A stretch of 63,522 nt of DNA, filler included, from Octopus bimaculoides (Eukaryota), in assembly GCF_001194135.2 (NCBI RefSeq). It is 5 parts of 5 records of this genome, joined end to end, with 100 filler letters (N's around TTAATTAATTAA, not from the genome) between each part and the next. Parts side by side here need not be neighbours in the genome. Positions count along the whole stretch, not along the records: positions 50,112 to 60,391 come from NC_068987.1; positions 60,492 to 63,522 come from NC_069007.1; 3 more parts are not named here. One strand, given 5' to 3'. The translations under genes were made by a program, and so were the position numbers. The notes beneath the pieces are model-generated. The model saw only the letters and a list, made by a program, of their open reading frames with translations, did not search any database and was not told the DNA's origin. Positions 50,462 to 62,683 of this stretch are shown here, piece after piece. Within the stretch, counting starts at the first letter, position 1, and the number at the start of each line of letters is the position of its first letter.

Positions 50462-51400
50462 CCGAAAGCCTGCTAAAAAGTTAATGGGCTGACCAATATG
50501 CTCTCATGGAATTTGACCATATCGGGTTTATGTTTTTATGTAATTCCTCTTGCGGTCCACAGACTTATTCTATCAGTGTTGCAGTTCTTTGATCCTGTTG
50601 GTGAAGAAGCGAAGAAGCTTTCTTCAACAGCAGATGTGACGTCATTATCACTGCAATACTGGTTCCCAGCCAAGTGTTTTTTTCATGTTGAACAACAGAT
50701 GATGTTCAGATAGGACCAAATCTGGAGTACAGGGTGGTTGATAAACCAATTCAAAACCACAGTCACACACAGCAACCATTGAAACCAAGGAAACCATCAG
50801 TTTTGTTCTGATGAAACAAGACGTATTTCCTCAGTCTTCTTGGGCATTTCGTCTCGATAGCCCTTCGGAACTGCCTCAGCAAGTTGGCATGGTACTCTTC
50901 ATTAATGGTGTAGTCTTTTTTAAAAGTAGTCAATAAACTCAATGTCTTTTGCATCCCTGCAAATAAAGCAACGCTGGCTTTCAATGGAGCAGACGAGACG
51001 AGTCGTTTCCGCTGCATTTATTGTCTGTCTTTGGCGCAGCCTGGGTTAGGAAACTTTCAAGGAAGCCAACACAAACAAAGTCAGATTTTAGGGGTGCGCT
51101 TTTGACCAAGTGTCAGAAGACATGAGATTCACCGAGTAGAAACTTCCATCAAGCCAAACTCATTGGGCAGAATATTCTCAACTCTCCCACGAGATATATT
51201 AATTGCATTGGGTATTTGATTTAAAGTCAATCGCCTGTCATCCATCATCTTGTGGTGAACACGATCAATGTTCACCTTGGTGGTGGCAGTTACAGGACGT
51301 CCAGACATTGGGTCATCTTCAAGACTATCTCTTCCTCTCCCAAATTCAGTTGCCCCCTTTTGCCTCGTTGACAAAGGTGAAGCGTCAACCTCTAATGTAG
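50462..51400 (-). mobile_element. mariner (DD34D-type) transposon, 5'-truncated, degenerate transposase
   Basis: EFGRGRDSLEDDPMSGRPVTATT..IDRVHHKMMDDRRLT..TINEEYHANLLRQFRRAI..VLFHQ..CGFELVYQPPCTPDLVLSEHHLL..HLAGNQY; TIR-like end GGTCAGCCCATTAACTTTTTAGC at about 50470-50495. Confidence 0.88.
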
Positions 51401-52914
51401 CAGCCTAGTCAGTATGAATGTCCTGGGGGTCTAAATTCTTTTCTGTACGTACTTGATAAAATCACGTTACTAAATTTTGTCCATTTTTCAAGAGAAGTCG
51501 CCACTATTTACTTTTAGTCTTCTTTGAACAGTCAGATATCAGTTTAGCTGAAAAGAAACAATGCAGTCATTAATAAGATTGTAGAAATGTAATTCTAGGA
51601 AAAAAGTTATCTTTACTTACCAAACCTCCGGTTACCTTATCAGATAGTATGAAAAAAAACAAAAAAAAAAACAAGAAAAAAAAATTCTGCTGATTGAAAC
51701 GAGAAGCCAACCTTTTGCAATTTCTCATTAGTGGTGCTGCGGCATCACAACCTTTAGTAGACAAACGGCACAGCAACAAGAACAATGTTGATGCAGCAGA
51801 GTTCAAAACAATTTTTTCTTGTAGTTACTGAATAGTTGTAATTAAGTAAAATATTTTATTGTGTAGATGCAACACTGTCCGGACATTGATAGTCCAGAAC
51901 CTCTTATAATCCGCATTAATTTGGAAGCGGGAACTTCAAATTCCCGCAACCACCAGACTAGTTTAATGGTACATTGCGAAGATTAGTTCTTTGCATAGTA
52001 CAGTATAAATAAATTTGTATCATTCATAAAAATGCATAGGTTCCTATATTCCATTTAATTATTTAAGTAAATTTGCTTAATTTAGAGAGTGTGGACCAAG
52101 GTGATCACTGCTGGTCTGGAAAAACCAGTAACCCGGTATAATTTTGGAACCAAAGTTTCTAAAAGATTGATATCAAATTTTGTCAATTTTCGAGAGAAAT
52201 CACTACTAGTAATTTTGAAGTGTTCTTGGAATAGTCAGATGTCAGTTTATCTGGAAAGAAATGATGCAGTTATAAGTAAGATTGTTGAAATGAAATTCGA
52301 GGAAAAATTTATTTATGCCTATAGAAAATATTTGTAATTATTAAGTAATGAAATAAGATTCTTCGTAAGGGGTTCATTTCAATTAATCCTAAGAGTACCA
52401 CAGTAACAAATTCTGAACTAACATCACGCAAGATGCATTCTTTTATTCTTTTATTTGTTTCAGTCATTTGACTGCGGCCATGCTGGAGCACCGCATGGTA
52501 ATTTTCAAGGTATTTTTTTTTTACTTTTTACAAAAACGTGTGTAAACAATGATGGGTGACTTAAGTTTCATATTTGTTCTCTTGGCGTTTCGTCATTAAT
52601 TAAACACTTTCATATTTTCTGCAGAAGTCATCATGTTTTAAGTGGCTAAATTGGCGTTTCAATAATGAAATTGCTGTATACATAAATAGCTATACATGCA
52701 TACATAATACTTACATACATACATGCGTACTTATATACATACATACATACATACATACATACATACATACATACATACATACATGCATGTGTGCATGCAT
52801 ACATACATACATGCATACAAACGTACTTACATACACATATACATTCATACATATATACATGCATAAATGTGTGCGCGCGTGCGCGTTTACAAACCGTACA
52901 TGCATACAATATAA

Positions 52915-53320
52915 TTAGACCATTCATTTTTCCAGTATTGTGACTGGTCCCGTTCATTTGAACTTGGTACGACAACCTGACATGCGAAGAGTCCAAGAGA
53001 ACTTTGAAGATGTGGAATTTTATTTCAAGTAAGATGGGGCACCTACACACTACCATAATAATGAGATTTTGCCAAACGTGTGTACTGAACGAAGAGGACC
53101 TTCTATGTTCACTGGTCCTCTTACCAGAAGATTTTTATGGAGATCTTTAAACGATCAATTTTATGGTACAAAACCGGCAAGAATTAAAGAATTGAGTGCA
53201 GCCATTAAACAGAAATGCAGAAAAAATACCGAACAAAGTGATTCTTGATGTCAGCAATTCCATTCTTTCACATTATTCAGCGCCTAGGCAGAACGGTCAT
53301 CAGTTTGAAAAGAAGCATTC
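52915..53320 (+). pseudogene. Tc1/mariner (rosa-like) transposase C-terminal fragment
   Basis: PFIF..VTGP..FYFK*DGAPTHYH..ERRGPSMF..FLWRSLNDQFYGTKP..NGHQFE. Confidence 0.7.
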
Positions 53321-54433
53321 ATAAAAAAATATCTAGGTTCTGTCCGTAGATTCTATCAAATTTTGAAAATAAAACGTATTCTACTAAACACTGACTTTAT
53401 AATCATTCAATGTATATNNNNNNNNNNNNNNNNNNNNNNNNNNNNNNNNNNNNNNNNNNNNNNNNNNNNNNNNNNNNNNNNNNNNNNNNNNNNNNNNNNN
53501 NNNNNNNNNNNNNNNNNAATCTTTTTTGCTAACAACGAAATTGCACACATAATTATTTTTAGAATATTATTTAAATAGATAAATATTTAGCTGTCAAAGT
53601 GAAAATATTTTTACACGCAAATAGTTTAACCTGAGCACTCGACAGAACTCATTATATGTATCCACACACTCACGCTCACACACGCGCACGACGGGCTTCT
53701 TTCAGTTTCGTCTACCACATCCACTCACAAGGCTTTTCTGTAGCAGAAGACATGTAACCACAGTGCCACGCAGTGGTGGAGAGATCACTCTGAAGAAGGA
53801 GGCTAGATCTACTCAAAATGTGTATGCTTCCACTACTGGTTGTATATTTTTGTGAACTACACCTGCTAACATTATGTAGTAATTCCAAGTCCTCACAAAC
53901 AGGTGTCAGACCTGAAACACCATACCTTCTCCCCAGTAATTTTCTCTGTGTTTGTACTTTGTGAAAATTTAATCTATTGATATATGAATATCTATATATT
54001 TATACATGAATGTTCATCTGAAAATGTTCGGCCTTTGCATTCTCTCTATTTACATTATATATATATATATATATATANNNNNNNNNNNNNNNNNNNNNNN
54101 NNNNNNNNNNNNNNNNNNNNNNNNNNNNNNNNNNNNNNNNNNNNNNNNNNNNNNNNNNNNNNNNNNNNNNNNNNNNNNNNNNNNNNNNNNNNNNNNNNNN
54201 NNNNNNNNNNNNNNNNNNNNNNNNNNNNNNNNNNNNNNNNNNNNNNNNNNNNNNNNNNNNNNNNNNNNNNNNNNNNNNNNNNNNNNNNNNNNNNNNNNNN
54301 NNNNNNNNNNNNNNNNNNNNNNNNNNNNNNNNNNNNNNNNNNNNNNNNNNNNNNNNNNNNNNNNNNNNNNNNNNNNNNNNNNNNNNNNNNNNNNNNNNNN
54401 NNNNNNNNNNNNNNNNNNNNNNNNNNTCACACA

Positions 54434-54465
<32 letters not shown>

Positions 54466-56324
54466 TACATACATACATACATACATACATACATACTAGA
54501 ACTTCGAATTATTTAGGATTTTCAATTCATATTCTCAGGTATTTCCTCTCTCATGATGTGCATCACTTCCCGCCGACACACAAATACCATAATTTCCTTA
54601 ATGTATTCTGTGTTAATCGAGCTATTATAGTCTAGACAACATCGCTTTCTTCTTGAAAGAACGCAATCGGAAACATAGCTACATAGTCTCCTCACGAACA
54701 GTCTTCTCTAATTTGTCTAATGAATTCCTTGAGCTATTTGTTGGATCATGCCTTTACTGAAGGATGATATTCTGAACATCAGGTACTTCGGAAGAGGTAA
54801 TCCAAATGAACTATATGGGATTCACCGTTAAAACCTTTAAGGGACCTTACAACCATCAATTGTATTACTTTAGAAATAGGAGCAAAATAAATTCCACTAT
54901 GCTGTCATGGATTATGTGCAAGCTAAGATATCAAGTTCATCAGTGCCCAACCTTAACTTGCAATATTATCGACAAAGCTACTCCAAATAACAGTACATGA
55001 TAGCCATTCATAGAATGAATAAGATGTTAACTGAAACCTAACGGGAGTACTCTATTTGGAGAATTTCCACTCGGGTTAACCCTCTCAGCCAAGTGTCATG
55101 TATTGAATTCTTTACTATGTATGTATGTATGNNNNNNNNNNNNNNNNNNNNNNNNNNNNNNNNNNNNNNNNNNNNNNNNNNNNNNNNNNNNNNNNNNNNN
55201 NNNNNNNNNNNNNNNNNNNNNNNNNNNNNNNNNNNNNNNNNNNNNNNNNNNNNNNNNNNNNNNNNNNNNNNNNNNNNNNNNNNNNNNNNNNNNNNNNNNN
55301 NNNNNNNNNNNNNNNNNNNNNNNNNNNNNNNNNNNNNNNNNNNNNNNNNNNNNNNNNNNNNNNNNNNNNNNNNNNNNNNNNNNNNNNNNNNNNNNNNNNN
55401 NNNNNNNNNNNNNNNNNNNNNNNNNNNNNNNNNNNNNNNNNNNNNNNNNNNNNNNNNNNNNNNNNNNNNNNNNNNNNNNNNNNNNNNNNNNNNNNNNNNN
55501 NNNNNNNNNNNNNNNNNNNNNNNNNNNNNNNNNNNNNNNNNNNNNNNNNNNNNNNNNNNNNNNNNNNNNNNNNNNNNNNNNNNNNNNNNNNNNNNNNNNN
55601 NNNNNNNNNNNNNNNNNNNNNNNNNNNNNNNNNNNNNNNNNNNNNNNNNNNNNNNNNNNNNNNNNNNNNNNNNNNNNNNNNNNNNNNNNNNNNNNNNNNN
55701 NNNNNNNNNNNNNNNNNNNNNNNNNNNNNNNNNNNNNNNNNNNNNNNNNNNNNNNNNNNNNNNNNNNNNNNNNNNNNNNNNNNNNNNNNNNNNNNNNNNN
55801 NNNNNNNNNNNNNNNNNNNNNNNNNNNNNNNNNNNNNNNNNNNNNNNNNNNNNNNNNNNNNNNNNNNNNNNNNNNNNNNNNNNNNNNNNNNNNNNNNNNN
55901 NNNNNNNNNNNNNNNNNNNNNNNNNNNNNNNNNNNNNNNNNNNNNNNNNNNNNNNNNNNNNNNNNNNNNNNNNNNNNNNNNNNNNNNNNNNNNNNNNNNN
56001 NNNNNNNNNNNNNNNNNNNNNNNATATTATCACATACATACAAAGATACATACATGCATGCATACATACATACACACATACATACTTAGACATACTTCAT
56101 CCATGCGTATGTAGAATTCGCATATTGAAAACTAATTACACTTCCAACTTTCGTCACTGTAGTCTATCATTCAGGAACTTTCTAGCATTGTCATCTTCTG
56201 ATTGGCTGAAAGTCTTGCTGGCATTTCCATTAATTTCCTAATTACTTTATTTGTTTATATAACTATTTGATTCTATTTTTGTCTCTCTTCATTAATGTTA
56301 TTAGCCATTGGATGGTCAGACGGT

Positions 56325-56915
56325 GGTAGATTTGTAGAATAGTTAGAGCGTTGGTAAAAGTGCATAGCCTTGTTGACCCTGGCTCTTTACTTTCTGAGTT
56401 CCATTCCCGTCGGGGTGAACTTTGCCTTTTATTCTTTCGGGGTCGATTAAATAAAGTGCTCCTAAAATTCCAACCTTGTATCTATGTTAGAAACAAATAT
56501 TATTAAGGCCTATGGAGGCGGAAAACTGGCAGAATCCTTAACGTATTGGTAAAATACTTATCGGCATTTCTTTCGGTTTTACATTCCTGAGTTCAAATTC
56601 CGTCGAAGCCGACTTCGTATTTCATCCGTTCGTGGTCAATAAAATAAGAACTATTTACCACTCGGGTTGATATAATTGAGTAGCCCTTCCCCACAAAATT
56701 CCTGGTTTTGTGCTTATAGTAGAAAGAGTTAAGAAGGATAGTTGATTGACTTATTTGTTAAAGAAATGATATTCAGTAAGAGCACTTTAAGTTCTGAGTT
56801 CAAATCCCTCTAACGTCAACTTTCAGCCTTTCGTTCCTTTCGGGCCTGATATATTAAAGTACCAGTCATAACCTGGGCTCGATGAAAATTGTTGGACTTG
56901 TACGTAGATTAGAAA
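56325..56915 (+). mobile_element. Three diverged SINE family A copies or fragments
   Basis: Recurrent TTCTGAGTTC(A/C)A..ACTT..CCTTT..TTCG.GGTC cores at about 56390, 56585 and 56790. Confidence 0.75.
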
Positions 56916-57199
56916 CCGTTGTTTCTAATATATCATCTTTCTAATTTCGGCCATTTGCCCTGGCTCCGTGGGGATTGCGGTAATATTTCAATTTCACAAT
57001 ATCCTTTCATAATTTCCTCTTATATCATATAACGTTGTGTAACAAAATTTATCAATATTATTTCGTCTTTGGTCAGTGTTATTTCCTATTTGCTTCTATC
57101 TAGAAATCAAAGGAGATGACTACTGTTCCCTTCAAATTTTACTTTTGTGACCTGGACGTCAATGTTTCGAAACTGACCAATTTTCCATTACATTTCAGA

Positions 57200-57400
57200 T
57201 AGATTCAGCGCTGAGTTGTTGCAGCAGAAACATCGCTATAGCAAATATTCTTCTCATTAGCACAGACTTGCTTGTCAGCTGCTTGACCGTAACCACTTGA
57301 CAATACGACAATGTGTGCATCTCTGATCAGGATCAGGAATAGTTGCGGAGCATCATAGCCATGTGTTGAAACGGACTCTTTAGGGTTTGGATAAATGTAA
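57200..57400 (-). repeat. Unclassified interspersed repeat, homologous to 62684-63046
   Basis: Minus strand AAACCCTAAAGAGTCCGTTTCAACACATGGCTATGATGCTCC versus 62980 AAACCCCAAAGAATTCCTCTCAACACATGGCTGTGATGCTCC. Confidence 0.7.
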
Positions 57401-58004
57401 CAAAAGCACAGTTGAAAGAAATAGCCATTTTTCATACTTCCTAGGGGAATGCAAATAGGAAATAACAGTTGCTACCCAAGAACAAAAATCTTGTTACACA
57501 GTGTAATTAATTACAAATTTATATATTTTGGTTCTTGTTGATCTTGTTGTTTATTAAACATTCTCTACCGTCCTAATTATAGTGAACTCTGCATTAATTA
57601 ATGTTTGCTCACACCAATTAATGCTTGCCTGCTTCTGACACCTAACACGTGACTGAAAAAACCTGAAGTAACTAATAATAAGAACTCTGTTGAATGGCCT
57701 AATGTCTGTGCAAATACACTGCTTCTTCACATATTAAGTGTTTTCACGCGTTTCTCAGAGGTCCTGCCCCATATCTTCCCACCTTCCCTTCATCCCATCT
57801 TCCCATCTTCCCATCTTCCTGTCCATCAATAATACTAGTTGCAGAAACCATTATCTGTATGTCGACAATGGAGGGATTGTTCTCAGTGTCATCACCACCG
57901 ATGTTTAGATTACTGTATACACGTGAAAAGATTCTTGTATCACGTTCGGAAATGTTTGCAAGTATATATATAGTAGAAATATGTTTCAAAAAGAAAATAG
58001 AAAC

Positions 58005-58360
58005 TACACGTGGAAAAGATATAGGGAAAGTAAGCCTGCAACCCGGCATTAGTCAATCGAAGACGCACACTCCTACAGTATGACAATACCCCAGCACACA
58101 CTGCTAATTTGACTGAGCACAAACTTGAGCAACGTGTGGGGCTGCTAATAGTTCAAACCTTGCACCGCCAGATTACCACCTTATTCAAACCATGGTTCAT
58201 TTCCTACACAAATTGAGGTTCAACAATGTAGATGTGATTGAAAACGGGTGCAGTGGGTTTTTTGCCTCTAAAATAGGCAAATGGTATAAGTGTGACTTCG
58301 GGTTTTTGTCACAACGATGGCAAGAGACAATAGAATATGATGGGATATATTTTGATTAAA
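58005..58360 (+). pseudogene. mariner transposase C-terminal fragment
   Basis: VNRRRTLLQYDNTPAHTANLT..APPDYHLIQTMVHFLHKLRFNNVDVIENGCSGFFASK..QRWQETIEYDGIYFD*. Confidence 0.8.
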
Positions 58361-58437
58361 AAAACAAACGCCTTTCATATGTAATTTATTTGAACTATTA
58401 ACTAAAACTTGAAATACGTAACCGGGTATATCATATA

Positions 58438-58992
58438 CACTGAATTTCCCATTATTAACGACATAACATCTTTTTATTTTTTCAAAAACTACTTGTTAGA
58501 ATTCAACGAAATTTCCACTTCTAAGACCTGGCTTCTTTACAGCTTCACGCTTAATTTGTGACAGAGAACGTTGAGAAACAGCTCTCGACTAACCTTTATC
58601 AGCTTTCTTATCTATCTTCATAGGAGGTGTAACACATTTTTACACAGATTGGTGATATCTTCAAAATTATTTTAGATATTTCTAATGATGATTTACATTT
58701 TACAAGTTCAAAAGTAAAAACAGATTTCTCTGAAGCAGATAAGTCACATTTACGACCCATAATTACACGATTATCAGACCACTCGTTAATAATTTGGAAC
58801 ACTGGAAGTTCGTGGAAACCATACAAATGATCGCAGCTTGTTTGCACTTGCACAGAACATCACATTTTTCTACATACACCACGCGTATAGAACTGTTGTT
58901 ATCATTCTGTGGAAATTTCGTGGAATTCTAACAAGTAAATTTTTAAATAAAATTTTTAAAATGTTACAACGTTAATAATTAGAAACGCAGAG
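58438..58992 (-). mobile_element. Tc1 deletion derivative (555 bp) with ~80-bp TIRs and TA TSD
   Basis: TA|CACTGAATTTCCCATTATTAACG..GTTAGAATTCAACGAAATTTCCAC is the inverse of GTGGAAATTTCGTGGAATTCTAAC..CGTTAATAATTAGAAACGCAGAG|TA. Interior encodes MGRKCDLSASEKS..KSSLEISK from the ATG at 58760. Confidence 0.85.
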
Positions 58993-59992
58993 TAATTAAG
59001 TAATTTACTAGTTTTTGTATTATTATTGTTGTTTATTTGCTAATCCACATCATTGTAACCATGCTGATTTCTGAACTAGTTAATTCTGTTTATTTAAATG
59101 TTTACCCACTTCTGACACGCAACACGTGACTGAAAAAAAATCCCCTGAAGATATGACCGATAAGAACTCAGCTGAATGGCCTAATGTCTGTGCAAATACA
59201 CTGCTTCTTCACATGTTAAGAGTTTTCACGAGTTTCTTAGAGGCGCTACACTATATCTTCCCATCTTCCCAGCTTCCTCTCCATCAATAATACTAGTTGC
59301 AGAAACTATTATCTGTACGTCCACAACGAAGGGCTTGTTTTCAGTGTCATCACCATTGTTGGCGGGATCTTTGCGTACACGTGCAAAGATTCTTGTATCA
59401 CGTTCGGTAATATTCATACATAGATGCATATATATATTTTTATATATATATATCTGTGTGTGCTGTGTGTGTGTTAAGCATACATTCACATATACACATT
59501 TGTTTGTTTAGTGTTGGTAACTGTGTGGAGGCGAGTCTGTTATATGCCCGGAGCGTAAATTCTTTCCCCTCAGAATAAAGGTTAGCGTTTGGTATATCTT
59601 ACATTTCTGGCAAAACGCACATCTACACATACTCACTGTCTCTTTGTCTATCTCTCTCTGTGTGTGTGTGTATGTTGGTGTTTGTCTGTCTCTGTGTATA
59701 CATCGATCTCTCACTCTCTTAAACAAATAAGCATACACACGTGCACAAGAAACCAATGTTACGAGGTAAGTCAGCTTGAGTAAGTAGAAAGATGTCATAT
59801 ATAAATATGAATAAATAATGACTTATGTATCTCTCTAATGGCTGAATGCTTAAGAAGTTCAGTTCCGAGTTCAAACAACCTACGTGGCTTGTTTTACGAT
59901 ATCTTTTGATAGCCCTTTTGGCAGATCCATATCTCGTAGATTAAACGGCGTAAACAGAAACTTTATAGAAGACCGTCTAGTGGATTGTAAAA

Positions 59993-60385
59993 AGTGGGGC
60001 TGTGTGGTAAGTAACTTGCTTACCAACCACATGGTTCCGGGTTCAGTCCCACTGCGTGGCACCTTGGGCAAGTATCTTCTATTATAGCCTCTGGCCGACC
60101 AAAGCCTTGTGAGTGGATTTCGTAGACGGAAACTGAAAGAAGCCTGTCGTATATATGTATATATATATATATATATGTGTGTGTCTGTGTTTGTCCCCCT
60201 AGCATTGCTTGACAACCGATGCTAGTGTGTTTATGTCCCCGTCACCGTATCTTAGCGGTTCGGCAAAAGAGACCGATAGAATAAGTACTGGGCTTACAAA
60301 GAATAAGTCCCGGGGTTGATTTGCTCGACTAAAGGCGGTGCTCCAGCATGGCCGCAGTCAAATGACTGAAACAAGTAAAAGAGAG
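59993..60385 (+). mobile_element. tRNA-derived SINE family B, complete and apparently young
   Basis: A box GGCTGTGTGGTAAG, B box GGTTCAGTCC, core GGCACCTTGGGCAAGT, internal (TA/TG)n, tail GCTCCAGCATGGCCGCAGTCAAATGACTGAAAC. Confidence 0.92.
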
Positions 60386-60391
60386 AGTACA

Positions 60392-60491
60392 NNNNNNNNN
60401 NNNNNNNNNNNNNNNNNNNNNNNNNNNNNNNNNNNTTAATTAATTAANNNNNNNNNNNNNNNNNNNNNNNNNNNNNNNNNNNNNNNNNNNN
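60392..60491. other. Artificial scaffold linker
   Basis: N44-TTAATTAATTAA-N44. Confidence 0.97.
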
Positions 60492-60922
60492 TTGAATTAT
60501 ATATATATATATATATATATATAATTCAAATTTACAGAAAACAAAAGACGAAAACATGTGTAGGAACAACAAGGAGTTGTATTAGTTTAACGCTCTAGAG
60601 CAATGGAAAAGTCTTTGACATTTCGAGTCAATGCTCTTCGACGTATGTATGTATATATATATATATATGTATGTATGTATATATATGACAGGCTTCTATC
60701 AGTTTCCATCTACCAAATGCTGTGTAGTTAGCTAGCTAGGTCTTAAGATTTAAAGGATGGTGAACAAAACAAAATGTTTCCCGTCACAACCTTGCTACCC
60801 AAGTAGGTGTCCGGTCAAGATTTACTTTAAATTAAAAAGAAAAAGGGAAGAACATACACACAAAGCTATCAATCAATTAATCAATCAATTAATTAATTGA
60901 TCAATTACTTGCTTGATTGATT

Positions 60923-61257
60923 TTAAAACTTTACAATATTCAAAATATATCCGAACATAAAAATAAACAATCGTAGCGTTTTCTTTCTTGGTTGATGACC
61001 ATCTCGTTGGTTCGTGATTCCATATAAAGCAATGCAGTTCAGGTAGTTTGATATCGTTGCATTGCTTAAAAAGAGAGTGCGGTCTCCTTTGTATTCTATA
61101 TGAAGATCATTCACCTGTAACGGGAAACCACAATCAATAGCCACATCAAAGGAAACGTCGGTCGACCGACCGACCGTCTGAGCCGTTGTATACGCACCTG
61201 ATGTAATGGTATATCTTTAAAGTAATTACACTGGACATCATCTTTAAGAGATGTCAT
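60923..61257 (-). CDS. Candidate two-exon ORF (61257-61198 + 61114-60923; 83-nt intron), product unknown
   Basis: Donor CAG|GTGCGT and acceptor TTTCCCGTTACAG|GTG, both phase 0. Spliced: MTSLKDDVQCNYFKDIPLHQ|VNDLHIEYKGDRTLFLSNATISNYLNCIALYGITNQRDGHQPRKKTLRLFIFMFGYILNIVKF*. The other two frames of exon 2 stop immediately. Confidence 0.4.
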
Positions 61258-61470
61258 TTATCAGAGAGACAGACAGACAGACAGAGGTGGGAAGGTAGTG
61301 AGAAGGAGAGAGTCAGACAGACAGAGGGAGAGAGCGGGAGAGAGAGAAAGATATACATACACACACACACNNNNNNNNNNNNNNNNNNNNNNNNNNNNNN
61401 NNNNNNNNNNNNNNNNNNNNNNNNNNNNNNNNNNNNNNNNNNNNNNNNNNNNNNNNNNNNNNNNNNNNNN

Positions 61471-61501
<31 letters not shown>

Positions 61502-61842
61502 TATGAATAAATATGCCTGTACATATGTAAAAATATTTATGTAATATGTTTATTTGTGAATGCACAAGCATGAGTCTCTATATGCTTGTACATACACACG
61601 CACACGCACACACACAGGCACACGCACGCGCGCGCACACTCACACGCACACACACACACGCACACACGCACATATATAGTTGAAATTTACAGAAAAATAA
61701 AGACGAAGACAGGTGTAGTAATAACAAGCCGGTGTATTAGTTTCACGCTCGGGAAGAACGGAAAAGTCTTTGACGTTTTGTGCCTACGCTCTTCGACAGA
61801 AAGGATTGAGGGGAGGGGAAAATACGAGAGAGAGAGAATATA

Positions 61843-61997
61843 CGACGGGCTTCTTTCAGTTTCCGTCTACCGAATCCATTAACAAGTCTTTGGTTTGACC
61901 CAGACTATAGTAGAAGACACTTGCCTAAAGTGTCACGCAGTAGGACTGAACCGAGGACCATATGGTTGGGAAGCAAGTATCTTACCACACAGCCACG
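61843..61997 (-). mobile_element. SINE family B 5' half
   Basis: ACGACGGGCTTCTTTCAGTTTCCGTCTACC..GAAGACACTTGCC..CTTACCACACAGCCAC. Confidence 0.88.
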
Positions 61998-62499
61998 TCC
62001 GCATGTGTGTATGTGTGTGTGTGAGAGGGAGAGAGAGTCATGTGCGTCCGTGTTTTTATTGTTTATATGCGTGCTTTGCAGCTCTGTGCATAAAAGATTT
62101 GCCAGTACAACAACAAACAAACAAGCTGGTGTGTTTAGTCTTGCTGTGGAATCAGGTTTCTGCCAAATCCTGGTTCTACAGCAGTAAAGAACGACACAAA
62201 AGCAAGCAACTAATTTCCTTGTTATTTAAAAATTGATCAGGGCCCGCACCGCCCTTCCTCACTATCCCCTGTCCCCTCTCTTCTCCCATGCTGTCAATAA
62301 TCATAGATGAATGCTACTTATTAAAATGTAAACAGATATATGTATTGGCACAACTTCATTTGCATAATGGTCGGAGCTTGACCGTCGAACAATAACCACA
62401 AGAGCGCCAACACCCAGTGGGTCATTAATAAATAAATATATATACGTGCCGGATATATAGATCTATATGTATGTATTTAATCATAGCCCTTGTTCTATT

Positions 62500-62540
<41 letters not shown>

Positions 62541-62683
62541 GCTGTTATTGTTGTTGTTGTTGTTGTTGCTGGCTAAATCGTTAGCGCACTGGACGAAATG
62601 TTTAGCGGTCTGAGTTCAAATTCCGTCGAGGTCGACTTTGCCTTTCATCCTTTCGGGTTCGATAAAATAAGTACGCTGGAGTA

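Larger units (their letters stand above)
57500..59412 (+). repeat. Local direct duplication of ~430-460 bp (about 57500-57960 and 58995-59412)
   Basis: Shared blocks, including an identical 42-mer TGAATGGCCTAATGTCTGTGCAAATACACTGCTTCTTCACAT and AAAGATTCTTGTATCACGTTCGG. Confidence 0.9.

Noticed and set aside
54806-55000. 64-aa ORF in unique sequence
   Set aside because: In-frame stop just upstream, no convincing splice sites and no recognisable motif.
57205-57435. 76-aa minus-strand ORF as a gene
   Set aside because: The nucleotide sequence belongs to an interspersed repeat also present at 62684-63046.
59993-60060. tRNA genes suggested by A and B boxes (also at 24330-24405, 29470-29551, 34640-34710 and the SINE-A heads)
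   Set aside because: No complete cloverleaf is evident, and each continues into a shared SINE body; these are SINE heads.
880-61571. Dozens of long ORFs in the supplied track (YIYIYI, THTH, CVCV, ERER, poly-X)
   Set aside because: They are translations of microsatellites and N-gaps, which contain no stop codons; not coding.
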